A stretch of DNA of 59,056 nt from a virus (lineage: Duplodnaviria; Caudoviricetes): positions 1-59,056 of IMG/VR virus record IMGVR_UViG_3300043395_003306. The stretch is one strand, 5' to 3'. Below the pieces are notes generated by a model. The model did not search any database and was not told where the DNA came from. It worked only from the letters and a program-made list of their open reading frames with translations. Positions 55,448 through 59,056 of the stretch are shown here, one piece after another; within the stretch, counting starts at the first letter, position 1; every line of letters starts with the position of its first letter. The position numbers and the translations under genes were made by a program.

Positions 55448-56091
55448 AGCACCGTGGAAGTTGCAGTTGACTTAATTGATCCAGTTGAGCGACTATACGG
55501 CAAAGTACGGAATGCGGAAACAATAACGAGGGCCTCTCCCCCCTCTGGCGTAGTCCGCACGTACACAAAGTGCTTGCCTTCGCGCGTTGGGACAAAACTA
55601 GCCAGATACACTGGTTTAAATCCCGTAGGCGCGGGTTTAACTAAAAACGATAGTGCAAGGCCTGCTTCGGGAGTTAGCAGATCGGATTCGTGCACAACCT
55701 TTCCAACTACGGTAAGCCCTAAGATCCCGCGGTAAGCCACAGTAGCAGTATCGCCCACTTTTACGGATAGTTCCTGCAGTACTGGTTCTCCAACTGTACC
55801 AACAGCCTGCTCGGCTTCGGAGTAGGAGTAGAACCTAGATGCGTCTGTGCCGGCTGTCGCGTCTCCGCTAAACGCCCGATAAGTGACGTTGTACCACCCT
55901 ACCTCGCTAGGAGTGTAAGACCCCACATAGATTTTAATGTGGTCTGCCGCAGTTGGTATCTCTACGAGAGACACCATTAAGGCTTCGCTAGGAAAATCTG
56001 GATGCTGCACGTATGCCTCGACCAAAAGTCCGGTCTCGGCTTTGTAGAAAAGCGGAATAGGAGTTCCGCGTAGCACAGCATCTTTTTGCAC
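55444..56091 (-). CDS. Two-repeat Ig-like protein (215 aa)
   Basis: YVGSYTPSEVGWY and YLASFVPTREGKH repeats; GTG 56091 with AGGAG SD. Confidence 0.65.
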   Translation of the reverse strand: MQKDAVLRGTPIPLFYKAETGLLVEAYVQHPDFPSEALMVSLVEIPTAADHIKIYVGSYTPSEVGWYNVTYRAFSGDATAGTDASRFYSYSEAEQAVGTVGEPVLQELSVKVGDTATVAYRGILGLTVVGKVVHESDLLTPEAGLALSFLVKPAPTGFKPVYLASFVPTREGKHFVYVRTTPEGGEALVIVSAFRTLPYSRSTGSIKSTATSTVL

Positions 56092-56099
56092 AGTAGCTC

Positions 56100-56615
56100 C
56101 TAGTTGTCGTCGTCTAGTAGTGACGACAAGGTACCCCCGTAGCACCCTTCCATACAGTTTACGGTATTGAACTTCTCGCCGTCAAACGCACCACAAAACA
56201 CCATTTTTACGGTTGCAGAATGCAGGTAGGCCATCAGATAAAATGGGAAATCCCCGGGGTCTATAATTGTCTCGGGTACCCCAATGGGGGCAGTTGCTGT
56301 TGCCACCGCCCCAGTTGGCGTCTTTTGGGCCGCCGCGCGAATTGGCTGCCCAGGCAGGGAGATAAGATACGCGTAGCAGGTAGGATGGCGCGCAAGGATC
56401 GCCCTTACTGATTGGGGATCCTCCGGGTCAAAATCATGCCCGTGTGTGGGGAGAACAGGGATGTCTCCCTCATCCGCCTCAAATACAAATACGTTGGGCC
56501 TAATTGCCGCTTCTTTTCTTTCCCGACGACCCACGAGTTCCGACAGGATAAAGCGGGCCCAGTCTAAAGACAGATCATCGTTTGAGCTATTCTCCCGTAG
56601 ATGTGCTGTCGTCAT
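56100..56615 (-). CDS. Hypothetical protein (about 171 aa)
   Basis: Start re-called to ATG 56615. Confidence 0.6.
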   Translation of the reverse strand: MTTAHLRENSSNDDLSLDWARFILSELVGRRERKEAAIRPNVFVFEADEGDIPVLPTHGHDFDPEDPQSVRAILARHPTCYAYLISLPGQPIRAAAQKTPTGAVATATAPIGVPETIIDPGDFPFYLMAYLHSATVKMVFCGAFDGEKFNTVNCMEGCYGGTLSSLLDDDN

Positions 56616-56952
56616 TAGGCCCCCGTTTGCGCAACTCTGCAAGAATAGCCTTTCCGTGCGCACTTACGTCTTCTAGTAGTTTACCGCCAAGCTGAGTAAG
56701 TGAACTAGCTACTATTGTTTTCGGGTAGGGCAGATTTGTCATTGAGGTGACGGCAACAAGCCCGAGTACCCCCACAAGTTTTTCATATTGGTGAGGCAGC
56801 AGCGTGTACAACGGTTGCCCGTCTAGCGCGTACAAATCTCCCGTCTCTGTGTCGTAAATTGCCCGTGCGCCTTCTAGACCATCTCGGAGTGATAGAACAG
56901 CATTTTGCAGGGTCTTCTTTGGTCGCTTTGTTCCACCAATGAATGCGAACAT
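56587..56952 (-). CDS. Hypothetical protein (121 aa)
   Basis: ATG 56952 with AAGGAG SD. Confidence 0.65.
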   Translation of the reverse strand: MFAFIGGTKRPKKTLQNAVLSLRDGLEGARAIYDTETGDLYALDGQPLYTLLPHQYEKLVGVLGLVAVTSMTNLPYPKTIVASSLTQLGGKLLEDVSAHGKAILAELRKRGPNDDSTSTGE

Positions 56953-56971
56953 CCTTACTCCTTGAAACAGG

Positions 56972-57008
56972 GAAACCCCCGCAGGTGTATAACACCTGCG
57001 GGGGTTTC
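56972..57008. terminator. Perfect 17-bp inverted repeat, probable terminator or processing hairpin
   Basis: GAAACCCCCGCAGGTGT-ata-ACACCTGCGGGGGTTTC directly downstream of the 584-aa gene. Confidence 0.65.
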
Positions 57009-57028
57009 TTGTCCTTCGCAATTATTGC

Positions 57029-58783
57029 TTAGAACGCGCCGCCACCATTTGACCCGCTGATGGGCGACATGACCTCAAGGTACCGGAACGTTGAGAAGCT
57101 CTGCGGAATACCGCTGGGATCGCCGTCCCGGCAAAAGAACTCAAAGCCCATGGTGTCACGGTGGTACGCAGGAATAACCGCGTGCAGCGTGAACACACCG
57201 GGGATCGGACTGTTTGAGCCGTCTAGATTCTGCGGAACTACAGCGAACCCGTTTAGGAACCCGTTTGCCCCTGAAGAGTCCGCCGCCGAGAGGAGGCTGC
57301 CAGCAGAGGGCGCGTTGTACATAGCAACACTCGTACCAGAGGTGCTGTTCTTTGCCTTGACAAAGACCTTACCCGCTGGCGACGTACCAAGCACGTCTGG
57401 ATCCTCAAGAGCACCTGTCTCTCCGTCACGGACGTTAACCGAGATGGAAAGGCGGAACTCTGTGGACTTCGAGAAGATGCGCTCTGGCACGAACGGGAGC
57501 AGCACGGCGTTCGTCTGCACCGCGAGGGTGTCAACCGTGGCCTTGACTGCCGCGATATCGGCCGAGAGTGAGGCGCCAGCGGGCGACCCGATCTTGCTCT
57601 GGATGTCCGTGGTATCGGCCTCGATGTCAACCAGCTGGGCCTTGGCTGCTGCGATACGGCCAAAGACCGTCGTCGTAGTAGCTGAGGTGTCAGATGACGT
57701 GCCGAGCTTATCGGAGACCGCAACTAGACCGTCCGTGCCATCAGACAGGATGTCCCACGCCTGGTAGAGCGCGTGACCTGCTGTGTTTGCGCCCTTACCC
57801 GATACATCGTCGTCCCAGACGTCAGAACCGGCCAGGTTATCGTAGATGGCCTTTAACGCCTGCGCCACGTTTGTCGGAGCTGCGGCACCAACAAAGTAGG
57901 TACCAATATCACCAATCTCGGCCTTGATATCGTCTACGTTTCCGTCAACGGTTGCAAGTGCCGTGTCTACGTCGTCAATGTGCCCCTTGAGTGCCGATAG
58001 GCCGAAGGTGGCACTCTCAACCGCAGTCTTGATGTCATCAACATTGCTGTCGATTGTGGCAATATCGTTCTGGTTATCGTTGATTTCTGCCTGAAGTGCT
58101 GAGAGCCCGTAAGTCGCGTTCTCAAGCAGAGTCTCGATGTTGTCGGCCGTAGTGCCAACGCCGTCTACTGCCGACTTAATCGCCGACAAGCCAAACGTAG
58201 CGCTTTCGACCGCAGTCTTGACATCATCAACGTTGCCGTCGACGGTATCGATCAGCGACTTGAGCGCGCCGAGACCGTCAGTGCCGTTATCTAGGTCATC
58301 CTGGACACCCTTGGCCTTTAGGTAGATTGCGCTGAGCGCCCCCGCAACGTCGTCAGGGACAGACACAAGGCCCGTCCAAGTCTCGCCCGACACGTCACCG
58401 ATCTCAGTCTGAAGGGCGTCAACATCCGCCTGAACAGCAGCCACGTCCGACTCAACGTCGGTAAGCTTGCTAAGCACGTCGGCAAAGTGACCCGTAGGAG
58501 CGTATGCCCACAGAGGAATACGGGCGCCCTCGTTTCCAGCAGAAATGACGGCGTAGTAGGTGCGGTCCGCGGTCATATTCGCGGCGTTTACCTTTAGGGC
58601 GTACAGACCTCCGCCGTTATCTAGGACGCTAACTCCCGCAGACACTGTCGGATCTGCACCAGAGGCGTCGTCCGTCTCGTAGACGGTTGCAACGGGACTC
58701 AGGCCCGAAGCACTCAGCTGGAAGGGAAAATATGCGTTTTTACCGGAGGGAACAATACGATCCCAGAGCATGGTAACAGCCAT
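57029..58783 (-). CDS. Virion fibre-like protein with acidic coiled-coil repeats (584 aa)
   Basis: AAGGA SD; repeated (A/G)T(F/Y/D)GL(S/G)A(L/I)(K/Q)...VDGNVDD units. Confidence 0.7.
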   Translation of the reverse strand: MAVTMLWDRIVPSGKNAYFPFQLSASGLSPVATVYETDDASGADPTVSAGVSVLDNGGGLYALKVNAANMTADRTYYAVISAGNEGARIPLWAYAPTGHFADVLSKLTDVESDVAAVQADVDALQTEIGDVSGETWTGLVSVPDDVAGALSAIYLKAKGVQDDLDNGTDGLGALKSLIDTVDGNVDDVKTAVESATFGLSAIKSAVDGVGTTADNIETLLENATYGLSALQAEINDNQNDIATIDSNVDDIKTAVESATFGLSALKGHIDDVDTALATVDGNVDDIKAEIGDIGTYFVGAAAPTNVAQALKAIYDNLAGSDVWDDDVSGKGANTAGHALYQAWDILSDGTDGLVAVSDKLGTSSDTSATTTTVFGRIAAAKAQLVDIEADTTDIQSKIGSPAGASLSADIAAVKATVDTLAVQTNAVLLPFVPERIFSKSTEFRLSISVNVRDGETGALEDPDVLGTSPAGKVFVKAKNSTSGTSVAMYNAPSAGSLLSAADSSGANGFLNGFAVVPQNLDGSNSPIPGVFTLHAVIPAYHRDTMGFEFFCRDGDPSGIPQSFSTFRYLEVMSPISGSNGGGAF

Positions 58784-58798
58784 AGTAGGATTCCTTTA

Positions 58799-58886
58799 TG
58801 GTGAAGAGTGACGAGATCTCGTCGCGCACTTCCTTGGTGCGTTCTTTTCACCGCTACTTCTGGCGGGACGCCGTTGCGTCTTGCTA
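58799..58886. other. Structured intergenic element (three-way junction plus hairpin)
   Basis: Four stems, including the palindrome GACGAGATCTCGTC; G-U pairs favour folding of the + strand. Confidence 0.4.
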
Positions 58887-58912
58887 AGACTATACACGCC
58901 TACGCGCCCGCG

Positions 58913-59056
58913 TCAACTACGCTCGCGTAGGTGAGATTTCAGGGTCAGGTAGCTGTTGAAGAAACGGCACTCGGCGGATTGCGGCCAGTCGGCCTGCGCC
59001 TGCGAGAGCTGCTCCTGGGTAATTACGAATACCCACACGATTTTCCTACCGCGCTG
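58913..59056 (-). CDS. C-terminal end of a small hypothetical protein (partial)
   Basis: ...QRGRKIVWVFVITQEQLSQAQADWPQSAECRFFNSYLTLKSHLRERS*, open to the window end. Confidence 0.55.
   Translation of the reverse strand, partial: QRGRKIVWVFVITQEQLSQAQADWPQSAECRFFNSYLTLKSHLRERS

Noticed and set aside
58799-58853. tRNA gene
   Set aside because: Only a three-way junction, too short, with no T-loop or anticodon arm.
1-59056. Genome-wide stop-codon reassignment
   Set aside because: Genes are full length in the standard code and end in TAA, TAG and TGA with normal coupling.

Overview
A 59 kb, gene-dense slice of a large contractile-tailed (myovirus-like, probably jumbo) bacteriophage genome, in three blocks. 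(1) About 1-17 kb, mostly minus strand: a putative portal, several head/virion-type proteins carrying a recurring K-x-A motif, a baseplate spike-like gene, and a 2067-aa single-chain fusion of bacterial-type RNA polymerase beta and beta'. This RNAP has a variant catalytic motif (NADHDGD), lacks the beta' N-terminal zinc-binding domain, and is coupled to the spike gene. (2) About 17-33 kb, plus strand: a replication/recombination module (SF2 helicase, family-4 UDG, DnaB, primase, SSB-like protein, PolA, HU-like protein, RecA, PD-(D/E)XK and Cas4-like nucleases, RusA) with many small Cys-rich ORFs. It includes an unlisted ORF with no canonical start codon and a possible stop-readthrough RNA switch. 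(3) About 33-59 kb, minus strand: GNAT, a holin-like gene, giant baseplate/tail proteins built from a repeated beta-module, and Ig-like and coiled-coil virion proteins. I saw no CRISPR array, tRNA, rRNA or IS element. All calls come from motif recognition by eye; no searches were run.
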